Notes under the pieces: generated by a model
The model's database searches: none
What the model was told of the DNA's origin: nothing
Seen by the model: only the letters and a program-made list of their open reading frames with translations
In this document: piece by piece, positions 48,502 to 58,203 of the stretch
How the letters are laid out: each line of letters starts with the position of its first letter
How positions within the stretch are numbered: position 1 is the first letter of the stretch
Translations under genes and position numbers: made by a program
Virus record (IMG/VR): IMGVR_UViG_3300025141_016046
Span: 11,846 to 75,845 of that record
Source: a virus
DNA length: 64,000 nt
Direction: 5' to 3' (one strand)

Positions 48502-49339
48502 ATTTTACCATTCCTGAGTCTATGTTATTCTCTTTAAACCAGCAAAAAGTATCATTTAAAATACTCCATCGCTTAGTCGCAAAGTCCTTAAAACTATCAT
48601 CAATTTGATAGTCGCTATCTTTAACTTCAATACAGCCGCTTAGAGATTTTGAAATATCAAGATTAAATCTTGACAACATGTCAAAGTAAATTACTAGCTT
48701 GTGAAATCTATTTTTAAATTTATAGTGATTAGAAATGTTCACAATTCCTGCTGCTACTCCAGATATTTCTCTTATACTTGCAGAAAAAGTATACCATGCG
48801 TTTTCAGCAGCACTATAATACTCATATACTGAATTTTTAAGATTTATATCTTTATAGTTTTTTCTTATATTGTCAATTGAGGGCCTGGTAAAATGAGAAA
48901 GTGTCATTTTTTCAACCTTTCTTATGCTTCTATCAAGTGATTTTAGATATAGAAGGACCCTTCTATCACTTACATCCCAGCTCTTTAAGATAGACTCAAT
49001 TAATAAAATTCTTTCCGGAAGCCACTCTAAAACTTCTATAATGTCAAAATAGTTTGAATTTACTTTTTCTACAGGTATTTCAACACCCTGAACAAGATTT
49101 AATTTAAATCTTTCAATATAGTTTATTTTAGAAAAAATATCTGAAGGCATTATGATAACATTTCCGCCTTGCAAGAAATTACTAACATTATCGCTAATTG
49201 AAGGCTTTGAATCAAGTACAAGAAAATCTAGATCTGATATTCCAGGATGTGATATTTCTCCAACTTGATATATTTGAAGAGATGGGTTATCCTTGCAGAA
49301 CTCTAATATAGCACGGTCATAATCTTCTTTTGTTTGCAA
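48479..49339 (-). CDS. Pol-beta superfamily nucleotidyltransferase-like protein
   Basis: IYQVGEISHPGISDLDFLVL (G..x.DxD motif) plus a helical C-terminal domain. Confidence 0.62.
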   Translation of the reverse strand: MQTKEDYDRAILEFCKDNPSLQIYQVGEISHPGISDLDFLVLDSKPSISDNVSNFLQGGNVIIMPSDIFSKINYIERFKLNLVQGVEIPVEKVNSNYFDIIEVLEWLPERILLIESILKSWDVSDRRVLLYLKSLDRSIRKVEKMTLSHFTRPSIDNIRKNYKDINLKNSVYEYYSAAENAWYTFSASIREISGVAAGIVNISNHYKFKNRFHKLVIYFDMLSRFNLDISKSLSGCIEVKDSDYQIDDSFKDFATKRWSILNDTFCWFKENNIDSGMVKYGWFLNK

Positions 49340-49340
49340 T

Positions 49341-50354
49341 TTAGATACCCAGTATTGACTTCATTTCTTTAATAAGATTATACCCTCTAAGAAAATAATT
49401 TTCACCAATAATTTTCATTGCACTATCAGGAATCTCATTTGAAAGAGAGAGATTTGCTTTCCAGCCTGCTCTTAGCATAGAAGAGACATCAACTATCTCA
49501 AAATTTTCTTTACTAATGACTTTCCTACATGCCTCTATTGATTCTGGCTTTGTTAGATATTCACCCCTAATATTCATAAAATAAGAAGGAAGGAGACAGA
49601 TAACAGACATAAAGTATTTCATCTGATACATGGAATTTTTATAATTTCTAAAATTATCCATCATATAGACACCCTCATAGGCATGATGTTGAAGTGTTCC
49701 GCTCCCAAATGCACGCTCTAGGGTCTTGTAAATTGAATTAAATCTATCTATTTGCTCTTGACTTGAATCTCTCTTGTGTCCAAATAGATCGAACTCTCCA
49801 AGAAGCGATACGCTTTGCTCAAAAAGGCTTGTTGGAAGATAGAGGTCGGGATACATTAAAAGATCTTTTTCAGCTATAAAGTGAATTCCGTGATGTTGAT
49901 GATTATCAAGATTCTTAATCATGTTCTCGATTGCCTGACAGATAGACCTAAGCCTTATCATCTCAGAAGCATCATCTAGCGTCCCATCTCTTATGATTGC
50001 AATACTATCAAAGTCACTCCATCCTGGAACATAGTCCAATGTTGCAAGACTTCCATGAAGGATAAAACCCTTAAGATAATAATGAGCATTTTGTCTAATA
50101 AAGTCAGATATCTCTAAAACAGGCTTAAGAAATGGATCTTTATATTTTTCATAGTCTATTTTGTCAATGGATGATCTAAAACTATGTGTAGAAAAATCGC
50201 TAGGATTTAGACATTTATATGATGATGATACTGACCTTGCTATCATCTCTTTGACAAAAAATGGCTCACTATCAATACATCCAGACTTTGTGTGAAGAAA
50301 CCAGTTTAAAAGACTATTTGAACTCTTTTGAAGATTTATTTGATTTCTGGACAT
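49341..50354 (-). CDS. Pol-beta superfamily nucleotidyltransferase
   Basis: ILHGSLATLDYVPGWSDFDSIAII (GS...DxD motif), QHHG, and a helical C-terminus. Confidence 0.72.
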   Translation of the reverse strand: MSRNQINLQKSSNSLLNWFLHTKSGCIDSEPFFVKEMIARSVSSSYKCLNPSDFSTHSFRSSIDKIDYEKYKDPFLKPVLEISDFIRQNAHYYLKGFILHGSLATLDYVPGWSDFDSIAIIRDGTLDDASEMIRLRSICQAIENMIKNLDNHQHHGIHFIAEKDLLMYPDLYLPTSLFEQSVSLLGEFDLFGHKRDSSQEQIDRFNSIYKTLERAFGSGTLQHHAYEGVYMMDNFRNYKNSMYQMKYFMSVICLLPSYFMNIRGEYLTKPESIEACRKVISKENFEIVDVSSMLRAGWKANLSLSNEIPDSAMKIIGENYFLRGYNLIKEMKSILGI

Positions 50355-51457
50355 TCTTTTTCTATAAAGTCAACAATTCTAGAAGATGCTCCTTCGTAAT
50401 TTTTAGAAAAGTATTTCTCCTGAAATGATTGCCAGTCTCTATCATCTCTATTGATAAGGCCTAGTACGCGATTTAACTCAGACTGCATTCTTAGTCTAAA
50501 TTCAGATTCGTCATCAGTACTCTTCTTAAGAATTGTATCACAGTGAACTCCATCAAATATAGGTCCAGAGTAATATTGCTTATTGATTGGATCCATTGCC
50601 CTGAAGAGCTGCTCTCTATTTTTGTGAAGTGCTGCATGCATGTCAGAAAACAGACAGACATACGGAACCTGAAGAAATGTTAGCTCATTAATTGCTGACG
50701 AGCAAAAGTTGAATACACACTTTGACGATGTATAGAGTCTTAAGTGAGAAACAATATTATCATCATAAACATATCCATCAAAATTTGTGAACTTGTGGTA
50801 TGGATAGGAATATTTCTGTCTTGATTTTAGTATTAATGCATACTTGTTTCTATCGCAAAAACTTCTTAGTTCAGCTAGAAATATCTTTACATAATCCAAA
50901 AATCCACTATAGTTTGACACAAAGCTGTTGTGAGGTGCCATAAATGTTACAATATCGAGGTCTTCTTTTATGTTTAGACTCTTAAAGTCATTTATAATTT
51001 CAAACCACGGGCTTCCAAGTGACTGAATTTTTGTATGACCTGTGAGCGTCTGAACAGTATTTTTAGACCACTCGCTATTTGCAAATAGTGTTGAAGATCC
51101 TGAATAGTCATTTCTACTGTTGTATATCTCATTCCAGCAATATTCAACTGCATACACATTAGACTGTCCAGATATTTCGTATATCTCACTCCATATTTTA
51201 TTGAATAGGTTAATACCTATCAGAAATCTATAGTCATTGTGATTGTTAATTACTGCCTTTCTTACTTCCTCTCTGTTCCTAAATGTCATCCAGTTTATGT
51301 CATCTAGTCTTAATCCAATCTTTGGAATATTGGACAAAGACTCTCTCTTGCATGTTGAAAAAACATCACACTGATACCCTCTAGATCTGCACTCTCTAAT
51401 TAGCCCAAGAACAGACTGAACAGTTTGAGACTTATCAATAAAGAATGCAACCTTCAT
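50336..51457 (-). CDS. GT-B fold transferase (sialyltransferase / CDP-glycerol glycerophosphotransferase-like)
   Basis: LGSPWFE, LILKSR, SSAINE...VP and GASSRIVDFI are typical of TagF/KpsS/sialyltransferase-like GT-B proteins. Lies near neuA. Confidence 0.55.
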   Translation of the reverse strand: MKVAFFIDKSQTVQSVLGLIRECRSRGYQCDVFSTCKRESLSNIPKIGLRLDDINWMTFRNREEVRKAVINNHNDYRFLIGINLFNKIWSEIYEISGQSNVYAVEYCWNEIYNSRNDYSGSSTLFANSEWSKNTVQTLTGHTKIQSLGSPWFEIINDFKSLNIKEDLDIVTFMAPHNSFVSNYSGFLDYVKIFLAELRSFCDRNKYALILKSRQKYSYPYHKFTNFDGYVYDDNIVSHLRLYTSSKCVFNFCSSAINELTFLQVPYVCLFSDMHAALHKNREQLFRAMDPINKQYYSGPIFDGVHCDTILKKSTDDESEFRLRMQSELNRVLGLINRDDRDWQSFQEKYFSKNYEGASSRIVDFIEKECPEIK

Positions 51458-52218
51458 TAGCTATTTAACCACTCGTCAATGTGTGCTTCATCCTTTGCTT
51501 CTGGGCTTGAAAAATCCTTTGAAAGCAATACCTGTCCATAGTCAATCTCATTATCTGGAATTCTTCTATCATCAAAAAATATCCTTCTATCCATTATAAT
51601 AAGCTCTTTTGATTCATCATTAATTTCATCTATTAGCTTTGCACACTGAATTCCTGGCTCGCTATTCTTTGTTGGAAGATGATAGTCGTCAAACAAGAGA
51701 AATGCATTGTATTTATCCTTACATAGATCCCAATCGCGCTTAACACCGTTGTATGTGTGATCTCCATCAATATAAATCATATCAAAATTTCCCTCAACAC
51801 TTGGCAATACACTACTAGAAGCCCCTGATCTAAACTCAATCATTGAAAACCACTGGCTTGGAAATATTGACTTTAATCTTGTTATTAATGCTTGATCAAA
51901 GTTTGGATCAACTGTTACGATTCGCCCTCGGACTCCTGAGTCACTAAATGCCTTTGCTGCACAAAATGTAGAATAGCCTCTGCCAAATCCTATCTCAAGA
52001 AATGATGTTAGCTTAAACTTTCTTATTAGTGTGTATATTAAAAGACCTCTTTCGTAGTTTGGCCTGAAGAAGCACCCGACAGACCTGTAGAGATCACTAT
52101 TTTGACCTCTTGTCTTTTTTGCGGTATATTCTCCAATTGCATCAAAATCACCCAGGGATAAAGAGCTAACAGGTGTTCCTAGCTCTTCAAGCTTTTCTCT
52201 AATATCTAATTTTCTCAT
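51457..52218 (-). CDS. SAM-dependent methyltransferase (Methyltransf_24-like)
   Basis: LEIGFGRGYS, TVDP, FDMIYIDGDH, FDDY. Start set at the ATGA overlap at 52218. Confidence 0.85.
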   Translation of the reverse strand: MRKLDIREKLEELGTPVSSLSLGDFDAIGEYTAKKTRGQNSDLYRSVGCFFRPNYERGLLIYTLIRKFKLTSFLEIGFGRGYSTFCAAKAFSDSGVRGRIVTVDPNFDQALITRLKSIFPSQWFSMIEFRSGASSSVLPSVEGNFDMIYIDGDHTYNGVKRDWDLCKDKYNAFLLFDDYHLPTKNSEPGIQCAKLIDEINDESKELIIMDRRIFFDDRRIPDNEIDYGQVLLSKDFSSPEAKDEAHIDEWLNS

Positions 52219-53036
52219 TTTTTTCTCCATGCCCTTGTCTCATTTGGGCTTTCTTCTGGGCTATTTCCCATAACTCTATCAAAGTTATCATTTAAAAATT
52301 TATAAAAACCTTCTCTTTCTTCTGCTGCTGAATCTAGATCTGAATGACCTGAGTGGTGATCGTCTTCGTCATGTTTTATAAAGTTTTCTACGACTATCCC
52401 ACCATCATTTAGCTGATCATATATGTTCTTAATAATTGAAATTGGACTTGGAACATGTTCAAGAACTTCAAATACAAGAATAAGATCGAGCTTATCATCA
52501 TATGTGGGAAGAGAGCTATGTGTAATGGGTTTTGCATTTAGCTCAACATCTAGATTTCTATCTTTTATTTTTTTATCCAGCCTCCATTCTGCAAATTTAA
52601 AATGTTCACAGTCTTTAACATCACTAATTGATATCCTTAATTTTGAACTCTCAGGTTTTAAAAAATTTAAAAGCGTGTTCATAAATGGTGCAACTCCGCA
52701 ACCATACTCACAAATATGAAAATCTTTTCGCATCTTACAAATTCCAAGAAGAGATGAAAGGACGTTCATATGATAGTGAACCATATCCTTATGCCGGACA
52801 CACTGTCTAAATGTTGCCCATGCACCCTGGTCTCGGTAGAATTGAAAAACTGATTCTGTGTCATCTCTATCTCTAATTGCCCAGATATCTTCATATGTCA
52901 TTTCTGAAACGGGTTCGCATGTAGCTGATCCTGGAAGGTTGGGCTTTCTACCTGAAGATCTTGTTCCTAGCTCTAGTGCTGTCTCTTCATCGACTTTATA
53001 GTATTCGCATAGGTCGTCTGACCACTTGGTGTTCAT
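52215..53036 (-). CDS. SAM-dependent methyltransferase
   Basis: EYGCGVA, EVLEHVPSP, LNDGG. Confidence 0.82.
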   Translation of the reverse strand: MNTKWSDDLCEYYKVDEETALELGTRSSGRKPNLPGSATCEPVSEMTYEDIWAIRDRDDTESVFQFYRDQGAWATFRQCVRHKDMVHYHMNVLSSLLGICKMRKDFHICEYGCGVAPFMNTLLNFLKPESSKLRISISDVKDCEHFKFAEWRLDKKIKDRNLDVELNAKPITHSSLPTYDDKLDLILVFEVLEHVPSPISIIKNIYDQLNDGGIVVENFIKHDEDDHHSGHSDLDSAAEEREGFYKFLNDNFDRVMGNSPEESPNETRAWRKK

Positions 53037-53857
53037 ATCTTTACCTCTATGTGTCCATTCTTAATACAAAAGTATATTAGAGCCTCATTGTGAATGGGAA
53101 ACGAAACTCTGAAGGGATATTTTTTTCTCATAGCTCTCATAAATTCGATCAAGATTGAACTATATTCATCTTTTTCTATGGGCTTTAATAACCTAAACCC
53201 TTTTTTTCCCTCTCCATATTTTCCATCATCCATGCAAATAGAAACTGGGCTTACCATTAGATTTCTAAAATATCCCTTATCTAAAGATCTTTTCATGTAT
53301 TCTCCCTCTGCATCTCTTCCAAGCTTATATTCATATTCTCCTATATTTTCATACGTCTGACATGACATTACGTGGAAATCAGAATATCCCTTTAGGGAAG
53401 ATACAGCGAATTTAGGGTTATTTTTATCAATTACCATTTTATTATTTTGCTTTATAAACCTATAAGAAGGAAAAGCATAGTGATTAATGCAGCCGACTGT
53501 GGGTTCTGAGTCTATTCTATCTATACACTCTTCTATCCACGGAGCTCTTGCTACAAAGACGTGATCGTCTGGACAGTCAATAAAATATTTTCCTTCAGCA
53601 ATCTCTCTTGCTTGTATTTTTGAATATCTTAGACAGTTTGGATAGTCATTCTTCTCATTAAGAATGTACCTGTACCTGCACCCAGGACTATAAGACTTAA
53701 TGAAGTCTGTTACGGCCTTATCAGTAGATCCATTATCAACAATTATTAGTTCAAGCTTGTTAAGATCATACAGGTTTGTTGCAAAGAAGGAGGATAGAAC
53801 CTCTCTAAGCCTTTCGGGCCTGTTGTATGAAGTAACACATAGACTTGTCTCAATCAT
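53033..53857 (-). CDS. Glycosyltransferase family 2
   Basis: TSYNRP, ELIIVDNGSTD, CPDDH. Confidence 0.82.
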   Translation of the reverse strand: MIETSLCVTSYNRPERLREVLSSFFATNLYDLNKLELIIVDNGSTDKAVTDFIKSYSPGCRYRYILNEKNDYPNCLRYSKIQAREIAEGKYFIDCPDDHVFVARAPWIEECIDRIDSEPTVGCINHYAFPSYRFIKQNNKMVIDKNNPKFAVSSLKGYSDFHVMSCQTYENIGEYEYKLGRDAEGEYMKRSLDKGYFRNLMVSPVSICMDDGKYGEGKKGFRLLKPIEKDEYSSILIEFMRAMRKKYPFRVSFPIHNEALIYFCIKNGHIEVKI

Positions 53858-54537
53858 TCAACCACCTCAAAAATAGAGCATCTGTCAAATAATCCCACAT
53901 ACCTCAAGCTCTTTCTTTCTTTAAGTTTTTCGCACACACTCCACGGACCACCATCTCGCTCTACATACTGAGGGTCTGGTTGAATATCATCACTTGCATT
54001 GTGAAAGATTAAAAAAGAACCTATTTTTGATGCTTTGATACACGCCTCCGCATCCTTTAGTGTTTGATCAAAAGTGTGATTTCCGTCTATAAAGAGAACA
54101 TCATATTTTTCTTCTATCTGGCTAACGGTCTCATGTGACATTCCCATTTTTAAGGTAAAGTTCTCTATTCCTGTATTTTTAATAGCCTGGTCGAGGTCGC
54201 CTATAAATGAGACATTTAGTATATTCCACTTATTGAATATGTCATGTGTCTGATCCTGAGATTGCTGAGAGATTAGTGATTCAAATAGGTCGACACCGGT
54301 TAGGTGATAGTCAGAAAAATTATTACTAAGATAGTTTGCAACCTTTATAAAGTTACCGCCCCACCACACGCCTATTTCAAGATATTTTGGATTTTTAAAT
54401 TTATCAAGATGATTGCATATTGATAAAAATTCTACTTCTGTAAGATCTGTCCACTGACCGTGCAATTTCTCTCTAAGTTCTTCTTCACTATCGACACCAA
54501 ACATCTTTTGTGCCAGGTGGAGATTAAAATTTGACAT
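53854..54537 (-). CDS. SAM-dependent methyltransferase (Methyltransf_24-like)
   Basis: YLEIGVWWGG, GVDLF, YDVLFIDGNH. Start moved to the ATG at 54537, which follows an AGGAG SD. Confidence 0.82.
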   Translation of the reverse strand: MSNFNLHLAQKMFGVDSEEELREKLHGQWTDLTEVEFLSICNHLDKFKNPKYLEIGVWWGGNFIKVANYLSNNFSDYHLTGVDLFESLISQQSQDQTHDIFNKWNILNVSFIGDLDQAIKNTGIENFTLKMGMSHETVSQIEEKYDVLFIDGNHTFDQTLKDAEACIKASKIGSFLIFHNASDDIQPDPQYVERDGGPWSVCEKLKERKSLRYVGLFDRCSIFEVVE

Positions 54538-54548
54538 ATTCACTGCTC

Positions 54549-55313
54549 CTATCGATAGCAACTTTTATTAACAAGAATATTAGAAATATTTTCTCTAGGT
54601 ATTACTATTCTATCACAAGACTTGTCAATAGAATATCCAAATATATCAAGCTCAGCTTTAAAATATTTGCTAACAATGTGCTTCATTTCTTTATCATATA
54701 TTTTAGAATTCATACCTTTGGGCTTGTTTGATTTATGAGAAAACCACGAATCAATTTTGTCGCCCCTTAGGTCAAGAAGCCTCTGAAGAGATTCTAGCTT
54801 AAATGCAAAATCTGGAACAAATGACCCACCATCATCAAAATATGGGTAGTAGCATGAAAAGTTAAAAGCTTTAAACTTTGAAGATTGTTTTCCCATATCT
54901 AGAATAAACCTTTTAAACCCAGCAAGGGTCGGCTTTGACCAAAGCTTATCTTCATAGTGAGATGATATATCATTTGCACCGTAATTTCCATGAAAATAAA
55001 AGCTTAAAAAAAGATCAAAAGGGTTTCTAATCATCGCTACACTTATTCTACTAATATCTTTTTTAAATGAAGGTCTTGTAAACACACCATCTCTTTCTAT
55101 ATCTTCTGAATGCTGTACACTCTTGGCTAGTGACTTTAGCATTTCACTATCTTTAATAAATGTTGAATGACCCTCCCATCTAATATTTTTAGTACTTTCA
55201 CAAAGCTTTGATATTGTTCCTGAGCCACATTTTTGCATTCCAAAAACTTGAATACTATTGGTTTGTGACTTTTTCAGAATACACTTCATATCAATCATTC
55301 TAAAAATTCTCAC
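54549..55313 (-). CDS. Sulfotransferase family protein (third, divergent)
   Basis: MQKCGSGTI (5'-PSB) and IRNPFDLFLSFY (3'-PB). C-terminal ELDIFGY is similar to the other two sulfotransferases. Confidence 0.72.
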   Translation of the reverse strand: MRIFRMIDMKCILKKSQTNSIQVFGMQKCGSGTISKLCESTKNIRWEGHSTFIKDSEMLKSLAKSVQHSEDIERDGVFTRPSFKKDISRISVAMIRNPFDLFLSFYFHGNYGANDISSHYEDKLWSKPTLAGFKRFILDMGKQSSKFKAFNFSCYYPYFDDGGSFVPDFAFKLESLQRLLDLRGDKIDSWFSHKSNKPKGMNSKIYDKEMKHIVSKYFKAELDIFGYSIDKSCDRIVIPRENISNILVNKSCYR

Positions 55314-56100
55314 ATATTAGATCTTCTGAAACTCCTAGTTCACTAAAGAATCTTCTTGTATGAGCAAAATCTTCAGAGTGTAAAAGCTTTCTATCTCTGT
55401 CAAGATTGTAAGGGCAAAGTGTTCTATGAGGTATGTCATCATCATAAAAAAATCTACTATCGTTAATAATATCCGGAGATACTTCGCACTCTCTCATGTC
55501 TGAATATATTAGGATTCTATCCTCATCTGTAGATTGCTGCATAATCGTTGCAAGAATTCCCTCAGATGCAACTATCTTCCCTATACTCCTAACATAGTCA
55601 ACTTGGTTATGATCGTTATACATCTTAGAAGAAATAAGATGGTCTGACTTTATGCAGAAAAAGTGATCGTCTACATCTCCATTTGGTGTCTTGCTAGCAC
55701 CTCTAAATGATTTATGATCTTTCCACACTCCCCTTGCAGCTATTAGACAGCCCTCATTCTTCATTTGATCTATTAGGTTTAAAAGAGAATCACTGTCAAG
55801 ACAATACGCATCTCCATGCCAGTGAAACACATAGTCAGAATTTTTTGCTGCCTCAGTCAAAGACTTCTTAATGCAGTCATACTGTCTTAGCCTTAGATCT
55901 GATTTTCCTTTTACTGGATAATCTTCACCCATAACAACAGAATCTATGTTTAACTTCTTTAATTTCTCATACGTTTGAGGGTGATTACAGCAAACTGCAA
56001 TAAAGACATCTTTATGTTTCCAGTGATTTCTTATTACGTTTACATTTGTAGCAATCTCTGCTCCTTTATCGTAAACAGAAATTGCAATTCCAATTTTCAT
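55300..56100 (-). CDS. GT-A fold glycosyltransferase-like protein
   Basis: IGIAISVYDK start and FHWHGDAY at the DxD position. ATGA-coupled start at 56100. Confidence 0.55.
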   Translation of the reverse strand: MKIGIAISVYDKGAEIATNVNVIRNHWKHKDVFIAVCCNHPQTYEKLKKLNIDSVVMGEDYPVKGKSDLRLRQYDCIKKSLTEAAKNSDYVFHWHGDAYCLDSDSLLNLIDQMKNEGCLIAARGVWKDHKSFRGASKTPNGDVDDHFFCIKSDHLISSKMYNDHNQVDYVRSIGKIVASEGILATIMQQSTDEDRILIYSDMRECEVSPDIINDSRFFYDDDIPHRTLCPYNLDRDRKLLHSEDFAHTRRFFSELGVSEDLICENF

Positions 56101-56828
56101 TCTATAACATCCCAAGAATATTCTATCTCAATAGTCTTAATTTTATCATTATTTTTAAGATGTTGATGTAAAATTATCTCAGGTCTAAATTCTCTTGTCT
56201 GCATGCATATAGATTCTAGATTTTTATATACACTAGAATAGTAGTCAATATTTTCAGAAGAGGATATTGCAAACATATCTCTTGTGTGATTTTTCTTTGA
56301 GCAAGAAAATCTTGGAGGATTATCACTAATCGGTACAAGAATATGATCTTTTGACACCTCATGGGCTTTGTTAAGATCAATCTCACCGTCTATTTTTATA
56401 TCTGTCCTATGCCTCATTACTAGATCAAACTTAAATCCATGATTATTCTCATGATCTATTTTTTTATTATTGCATGATTCAATTTTATAAAACATGGCAG
56501 GTATATGCTCTCCTTTAGACCTTACTCCACCATACCCCTTCTTAAGACACGTAACGTCTGGAACATACTTCATAAATGGTTCTGTATTCCATTCCCTTTC
56601 TTTTTCAATTATCATATTCTGAGGATTATACAACCTTCTTATCTTTTGTTCTTGCTCAACTGTTGATAGAAATTTTCCACTGGTTCTCCAGCCCAGTTTT
56701 TCCCATGTGTCAATAAAAAAATAGAAAGAAAAATTTTCATTAGGGTCTATTAGAGACTTCTTTATGAGCTCATAGCCCTTTTCAAATGAACGCATGTGTC
56801 CAGAAATACAAATAGCAATCTTTTTCAT
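56097..56828 (-). CDS. Putative glycosyltransferase of the KIAxCxSGxxR family
   Basis: KIAICISGHMR, FIDTW, MFYKI, FDLVMRHRTD, DMFA, PE..L. I recognise this family from viral and capsule glycan loci. Confidence 0.55.
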   Translation of the reverse strand: MKKIAICISGHMRSFEKGYELIKKSLIDPNENFSFYFFIDTWEKLGWRTSGKFLSTVEQEQKIRRLYNPQNMIIEKEREWNTEPFMKYVPDVTCLKKGYGGVRSKGEHIPAMFYKIESCNNKKIDHENNHGFKFDLVMRHRTDIKIDGEIDLNKAHEVSKDHILVPISDNPPRFSCSKKNHTRDMFAISSSENIDYYSSVYKNLESICMQTREFRPEIILHQHLKNNDKIKTIEIEYSWDVIE

Positions 56829-57202
56829 TTAATCTGTTCCAGTTGTTTAAAAATATCATCCACGCTATTAACACGAAAAGAGCTCATAGCCTTGTCGTCT
56901 ACTAAGATGTCATAGTGAACCTTTCCCATAATCAATTCATGAAACTTGACTCCCCACTCTTTTAGATGATTGAGGGTTAGTTGATAAAGATTTTTGTATA
57001 TTGCATCTACATCCTTGTTAAATACGCTCATTCCCCTTGCTGTATAGATGATGATGTGATTTCCAGAATCATAGCAATTATTTACTATCTCTACCATTTT
57101 TGGGATTGGAACACATGATAAATACTTCTCTACATTATTTCCCTCAACATCTCTTTTGCAGATAACATCGTCAAGGTCAAAAGCTATAACTTTTCCAGAC
57201 AA
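56825..57202 (-). CDS. Capless HAD phosphatase, EcbF/BcbF-like
   Basis: FDLDDVIC, IYTARG, L.MGK, VDDKA. Confidence 0.8.
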   Translation of the reverse strand: MSGKVIAFDLDDVICKRDVEGNNVEKYLSCVPIPKMVEIVNNCYDSGNHIIIYTARGMSVFNKDVDAIYKNLYQLTLNHLKEWGVKFHELIMGKVHYDILVDDKAMSSFRVNSVDDIFKQLEQIK

Positions 57203-58200
57203 ACTATTTCCTTTATTCTCTTTTTAACTCTATTTTTTATCTCAGTATCAAGATCTACGACTTCTAAAATTCTATCTCTAATCTGAGAAAACTCATTAGA
57301 AGAAAACATGTAGTGACCAGATATCATTGCAAGATCTACTTGTTCATGAATGACTCTAGCGTCCACCCACTTTTTCCACTTTCCTGACTTTACACACAGA
57401 TTGATAAATTCATCCCTAACATCACAAAGCTTATCATTATCTGATAGTTTGAGGATTGTATCTGTCTCCAAGACGCCAAGCTCAGGTGCTACGTTAAATG
57501 ACTCAACTCCGGCATTTATTCTCTTATTTATCTCTTCTGATGTCAGATAGTCAGAATTGTGCTCTTTTGGAATTAGTCCAAATTTTCTTGAAATTTCGCA
57601 CATCTTTTTAGAATTTATAAAGTTAAAGCTTCCAGTATTCTTTAAACCTTTAATACTTGTTCCAGACTGAACTACACAGTATGCAATTTTAGAAAAATCA
57701 ACATTGTAGTTTTGAAGCATTTTTAAAAATACTTCCAGCTCTACGGGACTATATTTTCTAATAGCCTCTTCTGTCCCAATCTCAAATAAAATATCTGGAT
57801 TTGTAGATTGACAGAGCTCCATAAGTGAATAGGTAAAATGGGCAGCAGTTGCAACAGTCGTGTATGCCTTCCACGGGTCAATGTGAATTATGTCAAATCC
57901 AGAAAGACAGTCAGCAATTGCTGATTTTTCTCCGCTATCTCTTTCTGATCCCTGGTTTGGTCCAGAGTGATCTCTTTCAAGAACTATATTTTTACCTTTA
58001 CCCCTAACATACTTAACAAACTGCTCAGTATTCCATCCATTTACATATCCTCCACCGAGCTCTTTGCATTCAATTTGACGACGAGAAGGAATAAACCCTA
58101 AATTAAAACCTTCTTGATTAGAGACCTCTATAACAGAGTCAACAATGTTCAGGCTCATTGGTCCAAAATAGAATTTAGGCTTTTCTAGATTTTTTGACAC
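57184..58200 (-). CDS. GatZ/KbaZ-like (tagatose-6-phosphate epimerase/aldolase-related) TIM-barrel enzyme
   Basis: SRRQI...GGY, RDHSGP, IHIDP, EIGTEE, VVQSG, KEHNSDY, NVAPELG. Confidence 0.72.
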   Translation of the reverse strand: MSKNLEKPKFYFGPMSLNIVDSVIEVSNQEGFNLGFIPSRRQIECKELGGGYVNGWNTEQFVKYVRGKGKNIVLERDHSGPNQGSERDSGEKSAIADCLSGFDIIHIDPWKAYTTVATAAHFTYSLMELCQSTNPDILFEIGTEEAIRKYSPVELEVFLKMLQNYNVDFSKIAYCVVQSGTSIKGLKNTGSFNFINSKKMCEISRKFGLIPKEHNSDYLTSEEINKRINAGVESFNVAPELGVLETDTILKLSDNDKLCDVRDEFINLCVKSGKWKKWVDARVIHEQVDLAMISGHYMFSSNEFSQIRDRILEVVDLDTEIKNRVKKRIKEIVCLEKL

Positions 58201-58203
58201 TTT

